Shown here in pieces: positions 1-13,864 of a stretch of 60,000 bases of DNA (position 1 is the stretch's first letter; the number at the start of each line of letters is the position of its first letter). Both the position numbers and the translations under genes were made by a program. The notes below the pieces were generated by a model. That model was not told the origin of the DNA, made no database searches, and saw only the letters and a program-made list of their open reading frames with translations. Source of the stretch: Botryllus schlosseri (taxonomy: Eukaryota); the NCBI GenBank assembly GCA_051294905.1, contig CM119372.1, forward strand, positions 33,730,001-33,790,000, in the 5' to 3' direction.

Positions 1-503
1 GGGATTAACTCGAATCGGTCATATTTAATAATTTGTAATACACACATTAACTAAGAATCAATCACGTGACTATTTACTATTCCTGATACTTCTTCAACAC
101 AGCGCGAGAGTTGACTATACCCGAAAGTACGAATTACCACCACGGCACCGGTTGAGTGATCCCTATACCGAATAGTGTTACCGGTCGAGAGATGGCTATG
201 CTAGCACCGGTTGAGTGATCCCTATACCGAAAAGGGTCACCGGTTCAAGACGAGTTTCGAGGCACCGGTTGAGTGATCCCTATACCGAAAAGGGTTACCG
301 GTTCAAGACGAGTTTCGAGGCACCGGTCGAGTGATCCCTATACCGAAAAGGGTTACCGGTCGAGAGATGCCTATACCAACCCAGGCACCGGTCGGGTGGA
401 AGGGGGGTCTGAAAGGGTCACCGGTTCAGGACGAGTTTCGCGGCACCGGTCGGGTGCACCCATAAGAACCCCTGCCACCCCCAGAGCGATCTATACTACT
501 ACT
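1..503. mobile_element. Right terminus of a Polinton/Maverick-like element (continues upstream of window)
   Basis: Ends ...CCCATAAGAACCCCTGCCACCCCCAGAGCGATCTATACTACTACT (reverse complement begins AGTAGTAGT). Closely resembles the terminus at 54390-54433 (CCCATAAGAACCCCTGCCAGGTCACCAGCGATCTATATAACTACT) and shares TATACCGAAA motifs. Confidence 0.75.
146..460 (+). repeat. Subterminal ~58-bp tandem repeat (CACCGGTTGAGTGATCCCTATACCGAAAAGGGTTACCGG...)
   Basis: Units start at about 146, 205, 263, 321, 386 and 444; the later units are degenerate. Confidence 0.85.
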
Positions 504-1959
504 CACGACAAAAGTTAGAGAGCCACGGTACTTGAATTTCCTACTGAGCTTATCTGAATTATTCCACGTCAGAATTAGTCACAAATATCCACGATTTGCA
601 TCCGCATAACGTTTGTCACTCGCACTCCAATTATTTGCATCCGCATAAGTGCGTAAGATTTAACATCTCACTATTTAAAAAAGCACCGGCCTAAGTAGCC
701 TACTAAAGGGCATTCCTGACTAAACGCAACTAATCCTATCACTCATGCACGATACTGAAGCTAATATCTAGTATTACAGGTGTTATACATGATTGTTACT
801 ATTTCATTCATCTACACTTACGACCTCATGCATTGTCCTAGCATAGACAGATGAGAGCAAATGTGGGTGCGGATCGTTATAATTCTAACCGCTATAGTAG
901 CTAAATTAAAACACTCCTGCAGTTTCTTTTGACGTTGATTTTTGATTCTGTCATTTATGTTGCCTTCCGGATGACATGTGGCTGTCGCACCAGGCTTACG
1001 AACCTGCAAATTTGCGAAAAAGTTCTGTATCTCTCTCGGCCGAAGTGAGGTTTAATTAAATTATGTAAGTGCTTCATTTTTCAACGAGACGATATTTATT
1101 ACAACCCAATATTAAAGCCACCAAGTCATTATATGCTTATGTAACGCAATTACTGACGTACTGGTAACGGTTCCGCTAGAACATTCAAATTTTTCGATGA
1201 CACCCTGATTGTCTTTGATATCTTTTCAAGGTATAAATTAATTTTGCTAGTTGTACATGATCAAATAAATCACACTTTCACTACTTATTACCGGAATTAT
1301 TGAAAATAAGCTGGTGGAAAGCTATCTATTTTATAATGGATTCGTACTTTTGAACATTCTAATCGGCGCGTATCAACAATGACCACGTAAGAAACGGTAG
1401 ACCCACTACATCCATTTGTGTCTCGTATAGTTGATAAATATATATAGGTCTACTAGTAGCCATCGTGTATTGCCATGGACACGGCCATCTTCTTTCGCAT
1501 ACGCTTCTAAACAACATTCGAGGTTGCGCAATCGATGATGACCCGATGAAAACCGTTCGTCAGTTCAGGTTTGTTGTTTTTAGTATTTGTGGTGATTGCT
1601 TAAGACAATTGATGTCTATTGCGCTGTTTACTGTAATTCGGAGGTGCCAAACTCAAATTGCGTCGCGGGCCGGATTCCAGTCTTCAACTCGCCCACTGGC
1701 CGCATCATCCAACTGATTTCCAAATGTCACCTCGTGTCCTTGCTTTTCACTTGAATACTTTATTATCAATCATATATAGATAATTTACAGATCATAGGGC
1801 AGGCTTTTTGCCCTGGCGGCACACTTTGGAAATGAAAAATAGTTCGCGACACACTAACACAGAGGTACTAAATTATCTGGGCTTACGGCATGTGCAAGCT
1901 ACCGGAATATTTAGCAACACCCACCGTCGTACAGAGTTGGTGTCCGACGAAGTACTTCA

Positions 1960-2260
1960 ACCTTTCCGGAGCACTCAATTAGGCTTTGCTCTGCTTCAAA
2001 GAAGAAATTACGGTATCTTTTATATCTGAGGAGATGTCACAAATACATCTACGAAAAGTATCATTTGACATGGAATCGTTTTCTATTCTTCCGCAGATTT
2101 GCTCCCAAACATTTTTTACAATTATGGTGCAAGCGGGAAGAATAACATTCTCCGCAGACAAAGCGCGCTTCCTGTTAGGTTTTGAATTTTTAGCTATTAT
2201 TAGCTCCGCGATCACATATCTGGCTTGCTGCGATCTCGTTGAAACTTCGGGTTGCGCTTA
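1960..2260 (-). pseudogene. Buster/Charlie (ZBED5/SCAND3-like) hAT transposase fragment
   Basis: Translation IAELIIAKNSKP...ENVILPACTIIV...MSNDTFRRCICDISSDIKDTVISSLKQS matches the IAK..KP...E.LILPA....LSN.TV.RRI.D.S motif of this family. Confidence 0.8.
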
Positions 2261-2423
2261 TATACTATTAATTAAGATTTGTTTGACAATAAACTCTGCC
2301 CACTACCGCATTGTCAATGTAATTAATCATCGCACCGAAGAGGCCAAGCACGATCGCCATCGTTTACTTTTCTTTTTATTTTCCTTTTTCAACCAGCATT
2401 TTTTACAGTCAGACTGTATAAAG

Positions 2424-3411
2424 CAGCAGTCAGCAGACCCCTGGGTGTTCGCGAAGCATTTTCAGAGGGTCCGCGAAGCCTCAAAATATTTGGTATCCTA
2501 ATTTGTATTTTTTCAATTCGGAAAATCACGAGACAGTTTCGCTTCATTACCAGTAAAACTCCAGAGCTCACGTCAACAGAATGGTCGTCTGAGATGAAAT
2601 AGCCTACTAAGCAGACTCATTTTAATTGCTTAATTGCCAATCGCTCACTGACACAAACATTTTGCTGTTTTGAGATGTTTTGTTGGGGATTGTGGGAAAG
2701 AAAAGTTGGATGAGTAAGGTCAATCACGGTGACGTCGAAACATTTACTAAAATCGATTTTCTCCTGTGATAGACAACCGTTTTTCCATAATAACTTCAAA
2801 ATAAGCTGCTAGGTAAAAATGACCAGGCTTGATGAAGGAGCGGCGCAACGAAAGCTCGTGTAAATTTTAAAGGTATATTCATTCGCAAGTGGACGTTAAA
2901 TAGAGTGTGAAAGCTACCAAGCCATTAAGTTTATATATATCGTCTGCTATCGGCGCAACAAAACATTCAACTATGTTCATTAAGAAAATTTGTTTGCCAA
3001 TATTGGTGCCATATTTGTTGCGATCATACCCAAATGTGTCGTCGAAAGCGTTTCGCGTAATTATTGCATTCGCCACCATCAATATTTGTGGAAATGGATT
3101 CTCGTCACTCGTTCATGTCAAGTTGAAGGCGCGGATTTTCAAGACACGGCCACTTATTTCAAGAAATGCAGTTGCAGAATTCACTTTGAAATAATAAAAA
3201 TCAACCCAATTTCTACACGAATAGTATCATCTTATTTTCAAGAAAAATCATTTTGTTGATATTTATTACTGATGCTACAGTTATTTTTTGCGCAAGACAG
3301 AGGACGATTGTGCGATAATTGAGCTAAATTTGAACTAAAACTTTGTGGAGGTCCGCGGGGGTCCGTGACGATCCGAAAGGGGTCCGCAAGACAAAAAGTT
3401 TGAGAACCGTG
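2424..3411. mobile_element. hAT-type MITE nested in the 1800-3758 element
   Basis: 8-bp TSD GTATAAAG/GTATATAG; internal sequence is the reverse complement of the family member at 7637-9144. Confidence 0.65.
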
Positions 3412-6400
3412 GTATATAGAGTCAAGTGTAACCTGTTCGATGCGGGCGTAATCAGAATAGTTGACCGTTAAGGTTGTGTCGATCATTCCTATCTAATACT
3501 GAATACTGTGCAAGTGTCCAATGTCCATGCATATTTGCTGTACCACCATAATTCCCGTCTGTTATTATGTATTTTGGTTGGATGAAAATAAAGACTCTCT
3601 ATCTCTCTCTTTGACTCGGATTTAAATTAGTGATTGTTTGGTCTAGACTGGAATTATTTTGCGAATAATTTCCAAATTTCGAAGAAATCTCTTGCGGCAC
3701 CTTTGCGAGACGTAAATGACACACTTGTGCGCCGCGGCACACCGGTTGAGAACCACTGTCATAGGGGTTCTATTGGAGCAATCCGCAACACCTTTATTCG
3801 CGAATCATTGTTTTGTCGAAAAGACGATGATTGTCCTGTTCAATACACAGTTAAAAGCCGATGAAACAGTGGCGCCAAGAACGATATAAGTTGGCATATT
3901 TCTATGCTCCCTTTGCTGCAGCCGTAATCTGCCGTTAGCCCACGTGTGTGCTGTGAGAAATACAAGATATTTACCTATAACCGCGAGCGTAGGCATTTGG
4001 GTTATTATTATTAAATTGCTAGTCCGGTTTCTCTGCCGAAGTCCGTGGACCAATATTGAATGTGAAGTGATACAGCAGTGCGGCCGTAGATATTTTATTC
4101 ATTATATTTCTATAACCAAGATATTTCCGATGTAAATTGCATATAACGGTGCCGCATTGGCGTTTTCACTTCTGGGAATAGCTACTTTTTGGTATATTTT
4201 TCTATAAAACTCTGAACTCAGTGTGAACTTTTTGACTTCTAGAATTAGAGAGAGTGAAAACACAACGGCCTAGTCGGGTAGGTATAATGTGGCCTATGAA
4301 CAATGAACATGCTCGGGATTCACTGCCTTGAGGGAATATCTGATGAAAGTATTTCCTGCAAACAATCTCAACATTTGTTACAAATGTGCAGGATAATATA
4401 GGAATTTCTCAATCTACTCAGAATTGCTTCGCGGGCCGGATGAAATCATCTGGTGAGCCGTATGTTTGACAATCCTGCTGTAATTAGTTACTTCGCTCTG
4501 TTCATTCTGTCCGTTACCTCAGTTGCTTTGTTTGTGCAGGGAAGTGCATGTCTTAGTTATTTGTAGTTGATTTTAGGCGAATTTTATTAACTAAAAACTG
4601 GTAAAGCGATAAAGCAGATTCATGCTTTCCACGAAAGGTCACTACGATTTTATTGATCACTATTGACACAATCGACTATCACAGTAACTACGTTTCTTTC
4701 ATAAGCCTATATATATATATATATATAATATTGGGGGTACCCATATTCCAAGCAAGAAATCAGGTTCCAGTGAATCGCACCATATGCGGAAAATTTTTTG
4801 AAGATGAAGAAAATCTGCCCCAAAAGACGTTGTTTTATGATTGTTTACGAAATAAAGTTTGGTCGCCTACGAGCTTTGTACATCTTGAAAACTTCTACAT
4901 CACTTTCTTGCAAAAATATGGTTGTATTATATGTCTTGTGCTCCAAATCATTTGGCGTGCCATGAAAAATCATCTCGCGTGACTGAGGTTGCCGACCCCT
5001 GTGTAGGATATGGGCCTGGTGTAAATGACCATTGCAGTCCATAAACATCATAAACGCCACAAACGGCAACCGAAACAACGCAGGCTGTGTAAGTAGCTAT
5101 TATCTTACCATAGTTTTAGGTAGGTATGAATAAAAATAGGAAATATTGATTATAATATTTCTGTCCTTTGTGATAATCATGTTTTAGTGACGGTTGTTTA
5201 AATTTGTGCGATGTACAGTTCGTTTCAGTTCATCACAAGTATTCTACAGTATAGTAATATTACCGTTGTTGTTTATTAAATATTGCTTGCAAAAAAGTTT
5301 ACCAATGCCATAATGAGATTGCGTAGGGAATATTATTTCGTCAAGATACCAAAATACGACAAGACTCAAAAATCATTAATGGCGGTATAGTGCTGTATTA
5401 GATGTGCAATTATATGTGTTTTTGCGATTCGCAAAAATTTGGTGTTCGCCGAAGGTTTACAGATTTACGTAAGGGTTCGCCAACGTATTTTGTCGTATTT
5501 ATAGCGTATAGCTGGTAGTTTATCACATAAATGAGTCCTTGTGTTTTCAATGAATATGAAAAATCGAACTTTTGCTGTTGATACTTTTTACAATTATTTC
5601 ATCATCGTCATTTATATTTACAGGCTCAAACTATTACAGCGATTGGTATTTGCATCGTGAAATCGTAGCACTCGTGTGAAGGCACATCCCAGCATTTCGA
5701 GCCACCAAGCTTTATGGGGAATAACAACGTTGGTCAGAATCTTAGCTCAGTTGATTTGTGTTTCCCAGTATTATCTCGTTATGCCGGCAGAAACACATAT
5801 TCATATTGACACACTTGCATACCATAATATTTTTGCTTGCTATAAAATGGTGCATATTGTGTCAACGTAAATACACATGCGTTGAGTTTATCAAATATAT
5901 TATTATAAATCTTTCAGCCCGCAAAAATTCAACTATTTTCTAATAGAAGTTTATTGGAAGAATCTGAAGAAAACGCAGGACACTACATCAGGCGTTGCAT
6001 TTTACGCAGGCAAAGTGAGTGACGCATCACGTGTTTTCCACGTACTAACTATAAAGCAATGCGACTGGAAGATGGAGGTTGCGTCGTGAAACTGGGTTGA
6101 TCAAGTGCAACAGTGACGAAATCGTGATTTCGATTTCACAACGGGTGAACAGTGAAGACGCGCAGTCGCGACACCGACTTTAATCATTCATTTTGAATGT
6201 ATGTGAGGGGCAATTAAATTTGATAATCGACCACTCATTTCACAATAGCTTAACACATTTCGCAACTTGCTGCATCGAGTAATTGCTTGTTGCTGCAAGA
6301 CGGCGACCCGAACTAAACTATATATTCAATTCGGTGTTGCTTGAAAGCTACTATCGCTTTTATTATGAAACTATCAATATCATACTAGACATGGTACGAA

Positions 6401-7636
6401 ATTGTATGATTCAAGATAATCGTAAAGCAGCGAAAGAGTGTCCGATCCATTATTTCATGTGCTCAAGCTAAACAAAGTGGATTCCATATGACACCCCCCT
6501 AACTACTGGCGTAGCCAGCGAGGGGCGAAAGAGGCGATCGCCCCCCCCCCCCTCTTAAATTTTTGGAAAATTTTTCGTAAAATCAATAAATATGACATTA
6601 TTTTAGGGCAGATGAATGCAAACTAAAAAATTTCATTTAGTGTCCATGATCATAACTGTATTGATTTTATTATCGGTGTCCCGAAAAAAAATCTTCCGCA
6701 AATACCCACAATTGATTTTAGCTGCATTCTTAATTATGAGAATACAACAGTACCAGTAGATACACGAGAGTATTCCAAGGTCGTTGGGTTGATTGAGTTT
6801 AGGGTTGTCCGTTCAGTATGAGGATTGGGGACTGTTAGCTTCGACAATTCCCGTTACAGGACACACGAAGACATATAGGCTAAAGTAGGTTATTACATGC
6901 GACTCCGCAAAGTGCGCTCCCAAAATGATTGACGGCCATAAAACCGACGCATGTATTCGATATAGATTTTCGGGTACTTAAATGGCTGGCGCCTAATGAT
7001 CCTGTCCCTGCAATCAGATTTCTCCGACATGAATGCGACTGGCAAAGGAAAATATCGCCACCTCCCTTTAAAAAGTGCTAATTTGAAATCGCACGAGTCT
7101 GATCAAAGGAGTTTTGTAATTTGGTCTGGTATATATATCAGCAATTCCAATCTCCAAACTAGCATCAATCTTTACCAGAGGTCACTAAATAACCGTGCTT
7201 CAACGAAGTAATTATTAAGAATTGAATCCACTTGCTCATAAACACGCACCAATATTATTGATCAAATACTTTCATTTATTCGAAAACATGTACGCTCCGC
7301 GCGACTAGGTCCGAAATGCACACAGCTTTCCAACTGGAAGCAACTGGAAACTTCCATAGGGTATGAGTGTGCGTGCGTCTAAGAATCGTCTGAATAAAGG
7401 GTAGTGATGAAATTGTCCATGGCAGGATGTACGGTTCTGCGAGGTGTTCCCATGGGAGAGCTTCCCTAAACTCATAAGAACCCCCCCCCCCCCCGCAATA
7501 AAAAAAATGTAATTCTGGCTACGACCTTGTGTATGAGCGATCTCTTGAGTGGTGACAGCTTTCTCCGCAAGTCATGAAGTAACAGCAATAAATGACCACT
7601 GTCCCGCCCAGCGTCCACCCTATACAAACTCTAAAT

Positions 7637-9144
7637 CAGTGGTTCTCAACCTTTTTGTTGTCGCGGACCCTCTTTGCACCTTCCCGTAGGCCTACCCCGG
7701 CGGACCCCCAGTTCTTTTTTTCAAATTTGCCTCTATTATCATGCAACCTTCATCTGTCTTGTGCAAATATTATCTGTAGGCTAGTGATAAACAATAGCGA
7801 AATTACCTTTCTTGAAAATAACATCGACTTTTTATTATTTTAAAGCGAATTCTGTAGCTGCATTTCTTGAAATACAGGGCTATGTCTTGAAAATCCACGT
7901 CGTCGATTTGATATGAACGAGTGCCGAGAATCCATTTCCACAGAGATAGGTGGTGGCGAATGTAATAATAACGCGTAACGTGTCCGACGACACATTTGGC
8001 TATGATGGCAACATACATGGATCAATGTATCCTCCAGCCTAGTCATTTCTATCTAGCACAGGGCTGGCCAACCTTTTCAGCCAACGGGCCACATTCTATT
8101 GACAAATTTTCGCGCGGGCCACTAGCCGCGCGAAGCGCGAAAATTTTTTGAAGTTCACAGGTCAATATTATTGTCATTTGGCTATATTGCGGGCCTGTTG
8201 TACATCGCTGGGCTAATTTTGCGAGGACAGGGCTATTCGGCGCATGGACATATCGATATCGAAAGATGCGACCAACATGCGTCAATCATTTCGTGCCAAG
8301 GTTTCATAGCCAACGGTCTTACTGCGAGCGCAAACGCAATGTCGCATGTGTTGAACGACACTTTGTCTCGTAATCGCGAATATAGTTAGACTCAATCTGA
8401 TACATTACGATTAGGTGTTCTTACATTTTCATAAAAGGGCAACAATATTAAAAACAAGAAATCGAGTGACAACATGTTGCGCCAAGCTTGTAGAAAATTT
8501 TTACCTTTGATAAATCTACCGCAAATTATTCTGCTTTATTGTAGTGTACGAAGATATATATACCAATATGTGAATGGCTGATGGATCTGTCAATGCGTCG
8601 GAACTGATATTTTAGTCATCACATCTCAAGTGTTGCGGCCAGAATAATCAAATTTTCGGTTGGCCTTGCAAGTTCACAATCTGTGCAATCCATTTTTGAT
8701 GATATTAGAAATTTTGGAAATGACCTCGCGGGCCACTCAAAACCTTCTCGCGGGCCACGGGTTGGCCGGCCCTGATCTAGCAGCTCATCGTGAAGTTATT
8801 CTGGAATAGCGGTCGGTGTATTTCATAGGAGAAAATGGATCTCTGCATACAATTATTTCCAAAACCCCAGCAAAACATTCCTAAATAGCAATGTGTTCGT
8901 ATAAGTAGGCTATTGGCAATTAAAATGACTTTGCGCGGTGTAATATTTCATCTCAGACGGCCATTCTCTGTTTATGTGAGTCCTGAACTTTCAGCATTTA
9001 TGAAGCGAAAGTGCTTCATCATCTCTCTAATTTAAAGCAAACCAAAAATAGCTTATTATTATTAGGTTATCAACCATTTTGCAAATTTGGAGTTTTCGTG
9101 GATCCCTTGAAAAGGCTTTGCGGATCACCGGTTGAGAACCACTG
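7637..9144. mobile_element. hAT-type MITE
   Basis: TIRs CAGTGGTTCTCAACC...GGTTGAGAACCACTG, perfect TSD CTCTAAAT. Confidence 0.85.
8059..8774. mobile_element. hAT-type MITE nested in 7637-9144
   Basis: TIRs CAGGGCTGGCCAACC...GGTTGGCCGGCCCTG, perfect TSD ATCTAGCA. Confidence 0.85.
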
Positions 9145-11114
9145 CTCTAAATGCCGTGTGTTATTAACATAGTTCCAGTGTACTAGCGTAGTACTAGCCC
9201 TGAATGTTCGATGACACCACTGCTATCAGCTTTGCCGGTAAATCTGATAATGAAAACGTATTTGCAATATGCAAGTAACAATATTCTTTAACCAAAAAGT
9301 TTTCTACAATCACACATCACTTTATATGAGCGGAATATATGCATAAAGATCGCCTCAGATGTTGTGTTAATCATCCAATAGGGGCCCAAGACCACCGTTT
9401 TAGCCCATTTTTCCTTATCTTTAGGTGGGAGGGACTCATTTACGTCATCGCCCCCCCCCCCCCCCCAAATATTTTTTCTGGCTACGCCCTTGCCCCTAAC
9501 CGGTTGGGAACCTATGCGCTATGTCAACGCCCTGAATGAATAAAGTCGAGTTGCAAAGAAAAGAAAGCATTGGCCACGAAACGATTATAATATTTACCGA
9601 AAAGCTCTCATGAGTTTGTACGCTTGCATTGGTACATGATCTGTCATCCGGCCGCATTCCAATCGATCAATAATATTATATAACTTGAAATTAAATAATT
9701 ACGGTATCTAAAGCGATATCGCGTATTTATACGCATCACGTATTCTCCAAGAACGGATGCAATACCAAGTGATTATACGGTAACTTAAATTTCGCATCTC
9801 TTTAAATTTGCGAAAGTACTGTTCCGTATAATAATATGGTTACTATTCTTTTACCTGTGTTTAGTCGTAAGAATATCGCATATGTATAATCCGCAAATGT
9901 TAATTTATGTTGCTCTGCGACATCAAACAAGGGAGAGCGGTCGACCATATTATTCTGACGAAAGATCTTTAATGACATGATAGGAATAATTTTGGCGGCT
10001 ACCAAATATCATTTCGTTGACGAATGACTCACTGTTATAATTAGGACTATTGATTGCTTACATGTTACGGCAGTGATTCAAGTGGACAAATCCTATTTCA
10101 TTACTTCGAAAAGATGGAATATCGTTTCGTTTAGCAGATACCCAACGAAGCGATTTGCGTTTGGTTATGATATCCTTCGTAAATCACCTTCCATGTTGAT
10201 TGTTGCTAGTCAATGAGACATCCACAGTCACATCCGGAAAAAATCGAGGGTGTGACAACAGCGAAGTCTAGAAGAGTGGGGCATCCGAAGTGGCGTAGAA
10301 TTCAAAATAGTAACTGTCACAACAGCGTAGCCCTAATGCATCACCGTACCATATATGCTCAACTTGATATAGCGGAAAATCATTGAATTGATGCGACGGG
10401 TCGCATCAATTGGTCCCGACTTATTTTGTGAGCATTAGAGCTTAAATATAATTATCTGTTTTTTTATGTACATTCGGCTTATCAACAAACGGTCATCGGA
10501 ATTAATATTGTATTCTGTAGCATTTAGTTAAATTGATCCCCTTACCGGAGATAACAGCAGTTACTGTTACAGTGCGAATCGAGCAAGCACCAATGATTCC
10601 ATAATATTTTTTTCATATTTATTATAATTATCAAAAGAATATAGATAATATTCAGGGATATCCCTGATAACATTCTGTGAAATATGTTTGGATTATTCTA
10701 TATATCGACATCGAACAAATGCGAAAGACTTGTAATTATATTGTTTATCATTTGGAATTCTATCACACGAGATCTGCTAAGTACTCTAATAATCACTGCG
10801 ATTAATCAATTAATCAATTTTGATATGCCGACATGTTTTGCGAATGGCCAGCCCATGTTTGACATGGCGACGGAAAAGGCGAAATTACTCGGACGGTAAA
10901 ACTTTAACAATTTATTACATTGATATTGGTAATTGGTTGGTGGTACAAAATCTGAATACTGCTTTCAAAAGTACGTTCGTGACAAACGTTTATTCAATTG
11001 CTCGAAGTTTCATGCCAGTGACGTCATATTGGGTGATGTGATTGTGAATATACAGTTCTCCACTAGTTACTCATGATTACCCCGGACCAGCGTCAAACGA
11101 AAATATTAGGATTT

Positions 11115-11368
11115 TGTTATGTTTTTGATCTTGTTTGAACAATAACTCATACGACGAGGTTGCAATATGAAATCAGTATATTAACAGCAGAATAACTTTA
11201 AGACAGGCAACACGATCCAGAGTTCAGTTAAACGAAAGACGAGTAGACAACAGAACACAGGGTATAAATACAAAGCACGACACACGAGGAAATAATGATT
11301 GGCGGCAATTACTAATCCAAGACAAATAAGAAACAAACGATACCAACGTAAAATGCACGAACATAACA
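11115..11368. mobile_element. Solo LTR of an LTR retrotransposon
   Basis: TGTTATGT...ACATAACA termini, 5-bp TSD GATTT on both sides, 254 bp, internal TATAAATA. Confidence 0.7.
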
Positions 11369-11861
11369 GATTTACTTCAATATGAATGTCTTATTTTATG
11401 CAGGGTCGCTTCATATCTGCATTTCTACGTCGTTGACAAAGATATGAACCAATTTAAACCAGGCCTCCGGCGTGGTGCATTCTGGTTTACACGCTACTCC
11501 GTTCAACTGCTCATTCATTCCATTCAGTGTTTTTTCTAAATTTGACAGTGACCCTCACCATGCCAAGAACATAAATCTCAGAGCTATAGTAACTCGATTT
11601 CTTGAACAATTTATTGAAATTCACCTCTGCACCGGGTTGCAGACATACCTGGTGTCTAGATTTGGACACATGTGTTTTCAGTGTAAGATTTAGGAAAAAA
11701 CCAACAGCAGATCATTGTAAATTTAGGAAAACAGAACCCAACGTATGATCAGTACGTTAGATCAAATAAAGTATAGAAAGCAAATGATTAGCGTAACGGA
11801 TATCTTGCGAGAGCTGGAGATGAAAGTGGGCCATGTATACGAAAAGTCGGCATTTATAGGT

Positions 11862-12360
11862 CAGGGCCGGACAACTTCGCCAGCCGGCGGACCGGATATG
11901 GCAAAATTAAGTACTTTGCCTGCCGGATTCCTGAATCGATACATTAAAAGCGTATTTATCCATCTATATCAGGATTGATCGCATTTAAGGTAAATTTTAA
12001 GTTCGAAGCAAAGAGACCTAAGCAGTATTCAAGGAATTTATAAACGTAATGTACTTCAACAACTGTGAAGTCGATGAGACATCTGTGGTCGATCAAAGTT
12101 GCGTACAGCTTCTTTGAACACTGACTGCATGTCGGACACAAAGAAAACAAAGAAGTATTATTTGTGTCCGAATACAAGAAGGAAGGAATAACCCACACTC
12201 ACTATAATTTGGCGTATAGTAAGCAAGTCTAGAGGAGAATTGCGGAAGAATGTGACCTATACAGCCGTACTATCATTTAAGACCGAAACCTATCTGCGGG
12301 ATTGTCAAAGTCACGTCACAGGCCGGTTCCGTCCAGCGGAAAGTATGTTGCCCGTCCCTG
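11862..12360 (+). mobile_element. hAT-type MITE family member (other copies at ~14580-15054, ~26071-26960, 35461-35925, 57949-58409)
   Basis: CAGGG...CCCTG ends; shared internal motifs CCGGATTCCTGAATCGATAC and CATCTGTGGTCGATCAAAGTTG across copies. Confidence 0.7.
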
Positions 12361-12719
12361 ATTTGGGTCATTGGTTCTCAAACTGGGGGAACGCGCCCCT
12401 TGGGAGCGTGAAAGCATCTGAAGAGGGCACGAAGCTGCTTTCAACTGAAATTATTTTGCGCCCTGCGCGATTTATCTCTTATTCAGAGTTATTGCTCTTT
12501 GTATAGTCAAAATTTCATATCTAAAATTATCACTATTATTACGGAAAAAGGGGCGCTTTCAACCGATTATGGTAATATTTGCGCCACGCTTAGTATATGT
12601 TCAATGAAACTATCAGAAAAGGCAATATATATGTCTGGAAAAAATTCCCAGGAGAGAAAAAACTCATTTTTCACTGACACAATGTTCAACCAGAAAGCGG
12701 CGATGAAATTCAAATTTAC

Positions 12720-13090
12720 GGCATGAACAGTGTCCGGGGCGCAGCATAAGGAACATAAGGGGAAGTCGACAAACCCCATCCTAAATAAGTGGGAGATAAG
12801 ACGGCAATGACCTGACCGAATCCTCAATAGTAGCTGGTCTTGGTAATATTGACGATACTTCGTTGAGAATTCTCTCATCAGCAGTCATAACCTTCCATGC
12901 CACCAAACTATCCGTTGGGACTTCCAGCATTCTGGTTGTATTTTGTGATATGACGATAAGGGAGCGCAAAATTGTTCACAATACTCAAGGGAGGCGTGTC
13001 TAAAATATTTGAGAACCATTGATTCAGGTAGTAAGCCCTGAATCGCAATTGATTTCTCAGTATCCCTTTCTTGAACAATGATCATATATG
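12720..13090 (-). mobile_element. Degenerate non-LTR retrotransposon (LINE) ORF2 C-terminal fragment
   Basis: LLLRIRSGHCRLISHLFRMGFVDFPLCSLCCAPDTVH matches the L.RLR.GH..L..HL.R.G..DSP.C..C...ETV.H zinc-knuckle region of LINE ORF2. Confidence 0.75.
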
Positions 13091-13822
13091 TTAATATGGT
13101 AAACGTGGTTAAACCGTCATGGTATCGGCGACATCAAGACAAGTATCCTATCCGTCGCTCATTAATAACATTTTACGAGTAATCATTAAATGGAAGACTC
13201 CGCGAGTTCCTCTTCAGCGTTTCGGTTGATTTCAGTTTTCTTGAGTATCGTATCGCTTGCAACACTCCTGGGCAAAATCCGCGCAAACTTGCCTAAGAGC
13301 CGTTTCAATGTTTCCTTTACTGACCGCCAGAGATCTTGCGACGAAACCTTGTATACGATGGGGTTGATCGTTTCCGTGAAATGCAGAATCCAACGGCCTG
13401 TCAGGAACCCTACTGCGTGCTGACGATAACTGGCGAAGCTGACATAATACCATAAGGCGTAAGTAAACTGTGGGACATATCCGATGAAGAAGGAAGACAC
13501 GATGGCAGCAAGTTGAATCAAGGCTTGCTTCTCTTCTTTTCGGAAGGCTGAGTCCCCTGTGCGTTCTTGTCTTCTCAATTTCCGCCTCAGTAACGACAGT
13601 CCAATGGCAACACATAGTACGACAATGAAAGATATCGGAAAGAGTGTCAGCACTATAGTGTGCATTAAATGGTAAATATCGGAAAGCCATAGGTAGGATT
13701 TCTGCACAAAGCATATCTTCTTCTCACTTAACCTTGACGGGATAATATCTAGATAAATTAGGGGCAGAGGCATGATTAGAACAAGGAATGTCAGCCAAAC
13801 ACTAATTACTAGAGCCCTTGCT

Positions 13823-13864
13823 CGGGGCCTATACGATATAAGACCGTGAATATCGTAGGCCCCG
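13823..13864. mobile_element. 42-bp hairpin micro-insertion in the GPCR
   Basis: CGGGGCCTATACGATA...TATCGTAGGCCCCG inverted ends flanked by direct repeat CCTTGCT(C); removing it restores the frame. Confidence 0.8.

Larger units (their letters stand above)
1800..3758. mobile_element. Non-autonomous hAT (Buster/Charlie-type) element
   Basis: CAG...GGTTGAGAACCACTG ends, perfect 8-bp TSD TCATAGGG (1792-1799 / 3759-3766), internal transposase remnant. Confidence 0.8.

Noticed and set aside
273..518. 81-aa ORF, and similar ORFs at 38088-38365 / 54118-54395
   Set aside because: They arise from GC-rich subterminal repeats of the Polinton-like ends; no protein-like signal.
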